Origin: a virus
Lineage: Duplodnaviria; Caudoviricetes
Virus record (IMG/VR): IMGVR_UViG_3300023184_000128
Coordinates: 1-61,907 of that record
Direction: 5' to 3' (one strand)
Length of the DNA: 61,907 nucleotides
The position numbers and the translations under genes are program-made. Shown one piece after another: positions 18,547-26,109 of the stretch. How positions within the stretch are numbered: the first letter of the stretch is position 1; each line of letters begins with the position of its first letter. The notes under the pieces are model-generated. The model made no database searches and was not told the DNA's origin. It worked only from the letters and a program-made list of their open reading frames with translations.

Positions 18547-18864
18547 ATGGCTGACATAAAAGAACTATTAGACAAAAAAATAGAAGAAAGATTGAATGAA
18601 GAAATATGCAAACTTGCAAGTGAAGTTTATTTTTATTTTATAAACCGATTAGAAATAGAAGATAAATGCGTTGTAAATGTTGATGACTATACTGAGAATA
18701 CTGATTTAGGTAGAGAAATCTATTATCGTATTGAAAATATTCTTTTTGAGAATATGAAAAAACCACCGACTAAAAATTGGAGTATGTTTGGCGATGTAGA
18801 TTTATTTGCTGAAATTAAAGGACTTGTTAAACGTTGGGAAAACAATAAAAAGAGGTTGCATTAA
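18547..18864 (+). CDS. Early hypothetical protein
   Basis: AGAGG RBS. Confidence 0.7.
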   Translation: MADIKELLDKKIEERLNEEICKLASEVYFYFINRLEIEDKCVVNVDDYTENTDLGREIYYRIENILFENMKKPPTKNWSMFGDVDLFAEIKGLVKRWENNKKRLH

Positions 18865-19151
18865 TGACTAAACAAAAACCAATGAATGTTTTAAGACAAG
18901 CACAATTATTAAAAGTTTATAATGACTTGCTTGATGTCGTTAAAGAAATGCTTGATAACAAAGTAGAGCCAGATATTCTAGCCTCTACCTTAGTTGCACA
19001 AGGACTTAGATTATATAGAGGAGTTTTAGATGATGACACCTTTAAAGCAACGATTGATGTGATTGTAAAGAACGCAAGAGAAATGGGCATACGGCCTTTG
19101 TTTGAGCCACACCCACCTAAAGAAGAAAAAAAGGAAGAAACAATAAACTAA
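18864..19151 (+). CDS. Early hypothetical protein
   Basis: TAATG coupling; QGLRLYR. Confidence 0.7.
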   Translation: MTKQKPMNVLRQAQLLKVYNDLLDVVKEMLDNKVEPDILASTLVAQGLRLYRGVLDDDTFKATIDVIVKNAREMGIRPLFEPHPPKEEKKEETIN

Positions 19152-19210
19152 CATGGATCAAATAATAGAGGGAATATTAGCATTTATATTATTATTTTTA
19201 ATATTTTAAT

Positions 19211-19300
19211 ATGATTGCGTTAGTATCGGACTTAGGCTTTTGGTGGTTTACACTATCGGTAGTGCTGTGTCTTTTAATTTATACCATATATAGAAAATAA
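19211..19300 (+). CDS. Membrane micropeptide (29 aa)
   Basis: MIALVSDLGFWWFTLSVVLCLLIYTIYRK. Confidence 0.45.
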   Translation: MIALVSDLGFWWFTLSVVLCLLIYTIYRK

Positions 19301-19337
19301 TATTTGACATTAGTGGTTTAATAAATATATTAACACT

Positions 19338-19445
19338 ACTAATAGTGTCGTAGCTATTAGGTCTCTTTTAGATAAGAGTATAAACATATCTTACCTTTGT
19401 TAGACAATGGAGGGGTTAGTATGCGGTTTCTAATCCCTCTTTAAA
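19338..19445 (+). ncRNA. Candidate anti-RBS small RNA 1
   Basis: TTGACA(19304)/TATATT(19326) promoter; stems 19339-19360, 19363-19378 and 19409-19440; unpaired CATATCTTACCTTTGTTAG antisense to early leaders. Confidence 0.6.
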
Positions 19446-19448
19446 CTT

Positions 19449-19640
19449 ATGAGATTACAACATATAAAAAATTTATTAGAAAAAATAGAAGATATTGAGT
19501 GGTTAGTAGAAGCACTTAATATTGACTTAGAACAATACCCTGAGTTTGATAGCGAACTTTTAAAAGATAAATTTTGGAAACTTTTAGAAGAAAAAAAATT
19601 AAAAGATAAATTTAAAGTTTATATAGGCGAATGGGAATAA
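19449..19640 (+). CDS. Hypothetical protein
   Basis: ORF track; no clear RBS. Confidence 0.55.
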   Translation: MRLQHIKNLLEKIEDIEWLVEALNIDLEQYPEFDSELLKDKFWKLLEEKKLKDKFKVYIGEWE

Positions 19641-19720
19641 TCCTTACACCAGAATTTTGGTTAGTTATTGGATGGGCTGTATTTTTGATATGGCTCACTT
19701 GGCTCAGTCATAAAAATTAA
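19631..19720 (+). CDS. Trp-rich membrane micropeptide (29 aa)
   Basis: MGIILTPEFWLVIGWAVFLIWLTWLSHKN. Confidence 0.45.
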   Translation: MGIILTPEFWLVIGWAVFLIWLTWLSHKN

Positions 19721-19754
19721 CTAAGCCAAGTAGCTTCATCTTCGTTATAAGGCA

Positions 19755-19829
19755 TCATTTGTAATTTTTATAAATTAAATAAAATACTAAAATGAAACTA
19801 ACAATAAAAAATATTGTTATTGTAGTCAT
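19755..19829 (-). CDS. Membrane micropeptide (24 aa) coupled to hsp20
   Basis: TAATG overlap; MTTITIFFIVSFILVFYLIYKNYK. Confidence 0.4.
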   Translation of the reverse strand: MTTITIFFIVSFILVFYLIYKNYK

Positions 19830-20251
19830 TATTTAATATCTATTTTAACGCCTTCAATTTCTTTAGGCTCATTATAACCAAGTTTAATTTTTAATAAACC
19901 ATCTTTCATTTCAGCTTCATCAACTATTACATCTTTAGCTAATTCAAATTGTTTGAAAAACTTTCTAAAAGCTAAACCTTTTTGAACGTAATCTACGTTC
20001 TTATCTTCTACTTTACCCTCAATAGTTAAAATACCGTCTTTAACTTCTACAAGTACATTTTCTTTATTGTATCCAGCTAAACCGATTTCTAAACCATATT
20101 TACCTTTTGAGTATTTTACTACATTGTAAAATGGGAATGATTGAACTTTTGACCAACTGTCAAAAATTGTTTCAAAGGCATCATCAAAAAACTTTGTTGA
20201 TCCGTTGAATAATTGTTTGTTTAAATTATTGAAAACTTCTAGGTTTGTCAT
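19829..20251 (-). CDS. Small heat-shock protein Hsp20 (IbpA-like)
   Basis: FPFYNV, LAGY, L.IEG, KGLA.RKF..F.L, A.MKDGLL.I alpha-crystallin motifs. Confidence 0.93.
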   Translation of the reverse strand: MTNLEVFNNLNKQLFNGSTKFFDDAFETIFDSWSKVQSFPFYNVVKYSKGKYGLEIGLAGYNKENVLVEVKDGILTIEGKVEDKNVDYVQKGLAFRKFFKQFELAKDVIVDEAEMKDGLLKIKLGYNEPKEIEGVKIDIK

Positions 20252-20339
20252 AATTTACTCCTTTTTAAGCAAGTTAATTAGGTCTACCCACATGGTACAA
20301 CCTATGACAGTATATAGTTAAACCTCCCCCTTTTTCAAG
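20252..20339 (-). promoter_or_regulatory. RpoH-like promoter and ROSE-like thermometer 5' UTR of hsp20
   Basis: CTTGAA-N15-ACTATAT; UTR hairpin; ACTTGCTTAAAAAGGAG with UUGCU opposite the SD. Confidence 0.55.
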
Positions 20340-20392
20340 GGGGAGGAAACTTTAAACAATGAAAGGAAAAAATAGAGTGTGATACTCTATGT
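20320..20392 (-). ncRNA. Candidate anti-RBS small RNA 2
   Basis: TTGACT(20426-21)-17bp-TAAAAT; 5' stem ATAGAGT/ACTCTAT; unpaired TTTTTCCTTTCATTGTT; 10-bp GC stem with GAAA loop followed by TTT. Confidence 0.55.
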
Positions 20393-20447
20393 CATTGATT
20401 TTATTACCAAATTTAATATAAGTCAATTACACTAAATTTGCTTGTAT

Positions 20448-20585
20448 TTACTCATCTTCGTCTTCATCATCAAAATCAGAGTCATCATCTTGAGATTCTA
20501 ATTCTTCGATCTTTTCTCGGATAGTATCAATGTCTTCTTGAATTCTATCTAAGATGTCTTGTAATGTTTCTTTTTTCTTAGCCAT
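20448..20585 (-). CDS. Very acidic coiled-coil peptide (45 aa)
   Basis: GAAAGGAG RBS; MAKKKETLQDILDRIQEDIDTIREKIEELESQDDDSDFDDEDEDE. Confidence 0.75.
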   Translation of the reverse strand: MAKKKETLQDILDRIQEDIDTIREKIEELESQDDDSDFDDEDEDE

Positions 20586-20641
20586 GAAATACTCCTTTCG
20601 GCAGGTATGATCTCAAATAAAATTTATGGGATCAACTATGT

Positions 20642-21073
20642 TTATGAAATTAAAAACGAGGAAACTAAAGCAGTTGTACTATTAAGAACAATGGTTCGCC
20701 ATTTATCTGCCATCTTTTTACATTCTTTTCTTTTATCTTTATCAGTTTCTTTTTTGTAAGCCTCGTAATGTCTATAATATTTAATCCAATTAATTTGTTT
20801 TTCTGTAAATTTAATATCTCCTCTTTTAACTGCTTGTAAATATTTTTCTTTAACTAAATCAGGATCAAAGCCTGACCAATAACATACTCTTTGAAAATCT
20901 TCGTCATTATTTATTATCCATTCATGAGCTTCCATTTTAAAGATACTTGTCTTACGATCAGATAAACCCTGCATAGTATCTTCAATAGCATTACATAAAA
21001 CACCACGCCATAGCTTTTGCTCAGAAGCTATTTCCTTATCTTCTAGAATGGTTTGAGCAAATTCAATGCCCAT
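20642..21073 (-). CDS. Conserved-type phage protein (start likely MGIEF)
   Basis: E.KLWR.VL..A..D..A..W..DF..VC..G.DP. Confidence 0.7.
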   Translation of the reverse strand: MGIEFAQTILEDKEIASEQKLWRGVLCNAIEDTMQGLSDRKTSIFKMEAHEWIINNDEDFQRVCYWSGFDPDLVKEKYLQAVKRGDIKFTEKQINWIKYYRHYEAYKKETDKDKRKECKKMADKWRTIVLNSTTALVSSFLIS

Positions 21074-21269
21074 AAGTTTTAATAAGTCTACTGAGTATGT
21101 CATGGTAATACAGGATCATCTCAGGACTATGTTTGTTTTTAACAAAATAATCATAGTTATCATGTACTGCTAATAACAACTCTGTGATTTCCTGTCCAGA
21201 CCATGTCGAATAATCTATATCCAGCACGTTTTCTAGTCTATGTGGTTTAAAGATATTTGTACGTTTCAT
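21063..21269 (-). CDS. Hypothetical protein (start MKRTN)
   Basis: Non-overlapping part of the 126-aa ORF. Confidence 0.6.
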   Translation of the reverse strand: MKRTNIFKPHRLENVLDIDYSTWSGQEITELLLAVHDNYDYFVKNKHSPEMILYYHDILSRLIKTYGH

Positions 21270-21285
21270 ACGTACATTGTAAATC

Positions 21286-21573
21286 TTATTTTTCTTTTTT
21301 GCCACCATCATACACTTTAAATATTGTAGCTTTTCCATCATTTTCAGGAATAATTTTTGAATTAAAATCATTTTTACCTTTACTATGCCAATATATTTTA
21401 CATAATGGCAAAAATCTTTCATCAAATGCAGGATCAAAACCATAAGTTTTACCCATGTAAAGATTAAACATTATATGACATACAAGTTCGTATTGAAATT
21501 TTGTTAATTTCTTAGATAAGAAACTAAGACAGTATAAAAATTCTGTTTGAATGGGGTCGTTTTCGTTATTCAT
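21286..21573 (-). CDS. Hypothetical protein
   Basis: ORF track. Confidence 0.65.
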   Translation of the reverse strand: MNNENDPIQTEFLYCLSFLSKKLTKFQYELVCHIMFNLYMGKTYGFDPAFDERFLPLCKIYWHSKGKNDFNSKIIPENDGKATIFKVYDGGKKEK

Positions 21574-21609
21574 GTAAATTTAATAACATAAATAACGAAA
21601 GATACAACC

Positions 21610-21807
21610 TTAATGTTTTCCGTTAAGTAGATTTTTTATAAAAACTTCGTATTTTACTTTTTCTTTTGTGGCTTGATACTTGCAATAATCATGAACTAAT
21701 TTAGATATCATACTTGCAGGAGCTCTAAATTTCTTTCCACAAAGACTTTTAAGTATTTTGTAGTCATCAATTCTTATTGCAACGCTTTTCCATTTACTAA
21801 TGTCCAT
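21610..21807 (-). CDS. Putative RHH-like transcriptional regulator (start MDISKWKSVA)
   Basis: AGGA RBS; KSVAIR beta strand then two helices; near divergent promoters. Confidence 0.6.
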   Translation of the reverse strand: MDISKWKSVAIRIDDYKILKSLCGKKFRAPASMISKLVHDYCKYQATKEKVKYEVFIKNLLNGKH

Positions 21808-21815
21808 TGTATTTC

Positions 21816-22007
21816 CTATGGGTGTAATCTTCGCCAATAATCCATTCTTTCTTCAAAGGTAGGCTCAGATTTTAGTTTCCAAAATATATGTAATCTTTTT
21901 AATAAAGGCGGATAAGACCTACCATCTGGATGTTCATCCATATAATATTGCTTAGACGTATATTTTTTAAAGTTATACACATATCTTTTTATCATTGTTT
22001 TAATCAT
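21816..22007 (-). CDS. Hypothetical protein
   Basis: ORF track. Confidence 0.55.
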   Translation of the reverse strand: MIKTMIKRYVYNFKKYTSKQYYMDEHPDGRSYPPLLKRLHIFWKLKSEPTFEERMDYWRRLHP

Positions 22008-22015
22008 AATATTTG

Positions 22016-22079
22016 TTTTTAAGGATGTTTCATGATAATGTCAAGGAATATTGACAATGCATCCCAAGTTATATAAGAT
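22016..22079. promoter_or_regulatory. Back-to-back divergent sigma70 promoters
   Basis: TGTCAA(22039)-GGAATA-TTGACA(22051); + strand -10 TAAGAT at 17-bp spacing; ATCCCA in spacer. Confidence 0.7.
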
Positions 22080-22085
22080 AATCTT

Positions 22086-22277
22086 ATGAAGTCATATCGC
22101 TTTACCGCTAGATATGCTGGTCAACGTATAGTACTTGACGTAAAAGCAGTAGATGATGATGAAGCGAAAAATAACTTCATTAAAGAGCTTAGAGAAGGCC
22201 GAGGAACTTGGAGTAAAGAAATTACATACTCCCCATCCAAAGTCTTCCTAACATATGAGGAACTTAATGTTTCATAA
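22086..22277 (+). CDS. Hypothetical protein (possibly leaderless)
   Basis: ATG 7 nt after the -10 box. Confidence 0.7.
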   Translation: MKSYRFTARYAGQRIVLDVKAVDDDEAKNNFIKELREGRGTWSKEITYSPSKVFLTYEELNVS

Positions 22278-22473
22278 TGAACAGTCTCTTATCGCTAGAA
22301 AAATGATTCTAGAAGCTAAATGGAATCATATGTTTTTAGAAAAAGGATCAGAGACAATAGATATGATGCAGATTGAACTCGAACTGAAAGAAATTAAAAG
22401 ACAGTTAAGAGAACAAGCTGTATTCAAAGTAAGAGAAGAATTACAAGAAGAAGATTTAGATATCGCTTCTTAA
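22255..22473 (+). CDS. Hypothetical coiled-coil protein
   Basis: LEAKWN motif; GAGG RBS. Confidence 0.65.
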   Translation: MRNLMFHNEQSLIARKMILEAKWNHMFLEKGSETIDMMQIELELKEIKRQLREQAVFKVREELQEEDLDIAS

Positions 22474-22478
22474 ATTTT

Positions 22479-22958
22479 TTATCTTAACAACTTATCTTTG
22501 GGAACGCCTTCAGAGAATAAGTAAGTACACTTTGCTGTGTAGTCAACGATATCGTCTTGAAATAAAAATTCAAAACTTCTAATAACTTTTTGTTCTGTAT
22601 GAAGTTTAAATACTTTTTTATTCATTTGTTGTAAGAATTTTTCTTCATCAACATTTTTAGCAATATAACATATAGAAGAATTTGCATATTCTTTTACAAA
22701 GTTATATCGGCTACACCCATCAGTTATGATATACTTATCGTCTTTTTTAGATAAAACTATTGGACAAATTAATCCAATGTCCTCTATTGAATCATTAATA
22801 TCAGTTGCATGTTCTTTATGATCACAATTAATTATATTATCAAAGTGAACCATTTCTAATCGCATTGGAAACACTTGATACAAGGGATGTATAATTCTTA
22901 AAGGTCCAAGAGCCGAGATCCCTGTGATGTGATTGTCTTTACCAATTTCGTTCTTCAT
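22479..22958 (-). CDS. ParB-N/sulfiredoxin-like domain protein
   Basis: SIEDIGLICPIVL..YIITDGCSRY. Confidence 0.6.
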   Translation of the reverse strand: MKNEIGKDNHITGISALGPLRIIHPLYQVFPMRLEMVHFDNIINCDHKEHATDINDSIEDIGLICPIVLSKKDDKYIITDGCSRYNFVKEYANSSICYIAKNVDEEKFLQQMNKKVFKLHTEQKVIRSFEFLFQDDIVDYTAKCTYLFSEGVPKDKLLR

Positions 22959-23454
22959 AAGCCTTTAATATAGCGACACAAAGTTCTTTTGTCACTGCCC
23001 CTTTCATATTGTTAACTCTATTAGATACAAATATTATATTATCTTCGGTATAGCCAATTTCTGGATTTAATCTATCTACACTAACCCCATCGTTTTTTAC
23101 AGAATCTTTATGATTGGTTCTTTTAAATATTATGTTCTCTTCACTTAAAGCACATTTATATCCATATCTTAATTTATGCTCTTCCCATTTTTTTAAAAAT
23201 TGTTCTTTTGTCATATAACAACGATGTCTATTTTTTTCTTCTTCAGAAAAATCATTATAACGAGGATTTCTTATTTTTCTTCTTATAGCACTATAAAGAA
23301 TACCTAATGCACCGTTTTCTGTATTTGCATATCTAAAGTCAATTTTTTTCCTACATTTTCTACATTGTGGAGATAAACCATCTTTCTTATGCGATTTATT
23401 TTTACTAAAATCTTGAAATGGTAGTAGTTCTTTACATATAGTACATATTTTCAT
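22939..23454 (-). CDS. HNH-like (homing) endonuclease
   Basis: CxxC..CxxC; CALS..SVDRL.PE.GY..DNI.FV...N..KG. Confidence 0.72.
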   Translation of the reverse strand: MKICTICKELLPFQDFSKNKSHKKDGLSPQCRKCRKKIDFRYANTENGALGILYSAIRRKIRNPRYNDFSEEEKNRHRCYMTKEQFLKKWEEHKLRYGYKCALSEENIIFKRTNHKDSVKNDGVSVDRLNPEIGYTEDNIIFVSNRVNNMKGAVTKELCVAILKAYEERNW

Positions 23455-25322
23455 TTTACTTCACCCCAACTATCACCAATGGCTACATCAACTAAGCTAG
23501 GGATTTTAAACTCTATACAATTCTCCATAGTCTTTTTAATTAGTTTAACATCTTTAACTTCGTCTTTAATGTTAAAACATAACTCATCATGGATCTGTAG
23601 TAATGGAGTATGTCCTGCTTCGTGGCAATCAATGATTGCTTGTTTAGTTTGATCGGCTGCGGAACCTTGTATCAATCTATTTAAAGCTTTATACGTTCCA
23701 GATCGTTTAATGTTTTCTTGTCCACCAAACTTAGCAACTGCTGTCTCAAAGTTTTCTGGTGTTGTCATTGTCCAATCTTTAGGTTCCCATTTATCAAATC
23801 TACATTTACGACCTTTTTTAGTTCTAATAGCACCTTCTTTAGATGCTTTATCCATACAAAGATTAATAAGTTTTTTAACAAAAGGAACTTTCTTATTGTA
23901 TTGAAGAATAATATCTCTTGCCTCTTGTTCAGATAAACCAAGTGAAGTTGCAAGTTTAGTATTACCCATACCATACATTAAACCTAAACCAATGGTTTTA
24001 GCTTGTGAACGATCTATACCGATCATGTCAGCAACTGTTTGGTGAAAGTCTGCTGAAGCATTTTCATATGCTTTAACTAACTCTTGTGTTCCATCATAAC
24101 CAACAGAAGATGCATAGTGCACAACCATTCTTGGTTCTTGCTGTGAATAGTCAAATGATCCCCATTTATGATCTTCATCAGGTAAGAATAAAGATCTAAT
24201 TTTAGGGCCAAAATCTTTATTACGAGCAGGAATTTGCTGTAAGTTTGGATTAGACATAGAGATACGTCCTGATACTGTACCACCATTGTCTGATCTTAAT
24301 TGATTGATTTCAGCATGAACTCTACCATTTACTTGGTATTTCATAATACTTTGTAAAAATGTAGCATGAAATTTATTTATCTCTCTAGCTTGAACAATAA
24401 GTTTAGCTATTTCATGATTACAGTTTGTTAACCAGTTTGCTGTAAAGCTAGGTTCATTACTCTTAGCAGTTCTAGGATAAGGTATTTTTAATTTATCAAA
24501 AGCTTCTCCTATTTGTCTTGCGGCCCAGATATCTATATCCTTACCTGCTATTTTATTTATTTTAAGTAAAGTTTCTTTCTCTTGTTTTTCAAACTCTTTA
24601 ATCATCCTTTGAGCTTTTTCCACATCTACTCTAATTCCTTTTTGTCTCATTAAAATTAAAATAGGAAGTAATTTAGATTCCATGTCCCAAATGGTAGTTA
24701 AATTTTGTTTGATGATTTCATTTTTTAGAAATCCCCATAGCTTTAACGTGAGCCGTGCATCTTGCTCCGCATAAAATCCAACATGTTCAGCAGGAAGTTT
24801 CCACATTTCAGCTTTAGGATCAATGCCATGATCTTTAGCGGCTTCTTTCAAATCCGTTTCAGCTTTAATCTCTCCCAAATAATCTTTTGCTAATGCATTT
24901 AGATTGTATGCCCATCTATTTTCATCAACGATGGCTGCTGCAACCATTGTGTCTACAATCTCTCCATTAACTTTGATACCCATAGATTGCAACCAACCTA
25001 AATCGTATTGAGCATTATGAAATATTTTTCTACAAGGAAGTGCACAAATTTCTTTCATATAACTAATAACTTGTTTAGGCACCATGTTGCCACCGCCATA
25101 ATGTTTGAATGGGTAATAACCTTGCCAACCTTCAACAGCGACTGCAAAACCGATTACATAACCTTTACCTATTGCCCAACCAGCACCTAGTCCTTCATTA
25201 ATACCATCATCTCTTGTTTCTAAATCTATTGCTATTTCAGTTGCATTAGATAAATCTTTATACTCTGATGGACATAGCCACATACTTTTCTTAAACGTTA
25301 ATGAATATTGTAAACTTGTCAT
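23451..25322 (-). CDS. polA: DNA polymerase family A with 3'-5' exonuclease (Leu762 type)
   Basis: DLET, HNAQYD, YAEQDA exo motifs; PNLQQIP, DYSQQE, RSQAKTIGLGLMYGMG, QIHDEL. Confidence 0.96.
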   Translation of the reverse strand: MTSLQYSLTFKKSMWLCPSEYKDLSNATEIAIDLETRDDGINEGLGAGWAIGKGYVIGFAVAVEGWQGYYPFKHYGGGNMVPKQVISYMKEICALPCRKIFHNAQYDLGWLQSMGIKVNGEIVDTMVAAAIVDENRWAYNLNALAKDYLGEIKAETDLKEAAKDHGIDPKAEMWKLPAEHVGFYAEQDARLTLKLWGFLKNEIIKQNLTTIWDMESKLLPILILMRQKGIRVDVEKAQRMIKEFEKQEKETLLKINKIAGKDIDIWAARQIGEAFDKLKIPYPRTAKSNEPSFTANWLTNCNHEIAKLIVQAREINKFHATFLQSIMKYQVNGRVHAEINQLRSDNGGTVSGRISMSNPNLQQIPARNKDFGPKIRSLFLPDEDHKWGSFDYSQQEPRMVVHYASSVGYDGTQELVKAYENASADFHQTVADMIGIDRSQAKTIGLGLMYGMGNTKLATSLGLSEQEARDIILQYNKKVPFVKKLINLCMDKASKEGAIRTKKGRKCRFDKWEPKDWTMTTPENFETAVAKFGGQENIKRSGTYKALNRLIQGSAADQTKQAIIDCHEAGHTPLLQIHDELCFNIKDEVKDVKLIKKTMENCIEFKIPSLVDVAIGDSWGEVK

Positions 25323-25814
25323 TTATTTAATTAACTCCTTTGCTGTTGATAATTTTCTTATATCTTCAAACGGCACTAATGTTATTTTGTCTTTTCTATT
25401 TAAACGTGTGTATATCATGTATTTTCCTTTTCCTGTTTTATAGTTATTTTCTTTTAATTTAGATGTTGTAAAATCTAAAAGTTCTTGTCTTTCTACTAAA
25501 AGCCAATGATTGTTTCTTTCAAAAACAATATAATCAGCATTTCCTTTCAACCAACCTTTTCTTCCATCTACTGCGGTTCCTTCAACCCAAGCATTTTCAT
25601 CTTGATAAGCATTATCTGAACGATTTATTTTCTTTAATCCTTTAACATCAAATCTTAAACTATTTAAACTAATGACAGCACAAATACCTTTGACATCCCA
25701 ATGTTCAAATATATCTTGTTCTTTATTAGCTAATATAAAATCTTTTAAATATTTATTAGCAAAATTCAATTCTGTTTGTTTTCCCTTTTGTAAAAAAGAT
25801 TGATATTCATTCAT
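25323..25814 (-). CDS. PD-(D/E)xK-like nuclease-fold protein
   Basis: G..E, EHWD..FDVK, WVE..G.KGWL.G.ADY. Confidence 0.55.
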   Translation of the reverse strand: MNEYQSFLQKGKQTELNFANKYLKDFILANKEQDIFEHWDVKGICAVISLNSLRFDVKGLKKINRSDNAYQDENAWVEGTAVDGRKGWLKGNADYIVFERNNHWLLVERQELLDFTTSKLKENNYKTGKGKYMIYTRLNRKDKITLVPFEDIRKLSTAKELIK

Positions 25815-25901
25815 TTAAAGTACCATTAGTAAAAAATAAAAAATACAAATACAGGTAAATAAACCCATATCACCAATTATAGTTTTTTTAAGATTAAACA
25901 T
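25815..25901 (-). CDS. Membrane micropeptide (28 aa)
   Basis: MFNLKKTIIGDMGLFTCICIFYFLLMVL fills the gap exactly. Confidence 0.4.
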   Translation of the reverse strand: MFNLKKTIIGDMGLFTCICIFYFLLMVL

Positions 25902-26109
25902 TGTAATCTCTTTCTAAAACCATTTCTAAATAGTGAATAGCTTTTAATATGTCTTCTTTTTTTCCTTTTAACTTATGTCTGCATATGTACTTGATTGCAT
26001 TACCTTCTGCAAATGGCAAGTTGTTTTCATTAATAAACTTAGAAGGCTGTATCTTCATTTCTTTGTAATGAGATCCACCTACTTGTTTAAAGAAAGCTTT
26101 ATTAGTCAT
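25894..26109 (-). CDS. DUF3310 family (T7 gp1.7-like)
   Basis: QVGGSHY..GNAIKYI.R..K...ED..KAIHYL. Confidence 0.85.
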   Translation of the reverse strand: MTNKAFFKQVGGSHYKEMKIQPSKFINENNLPFAEGNAIKYICRHKLKGKKEDILKAIHYLEMVLERDYNV

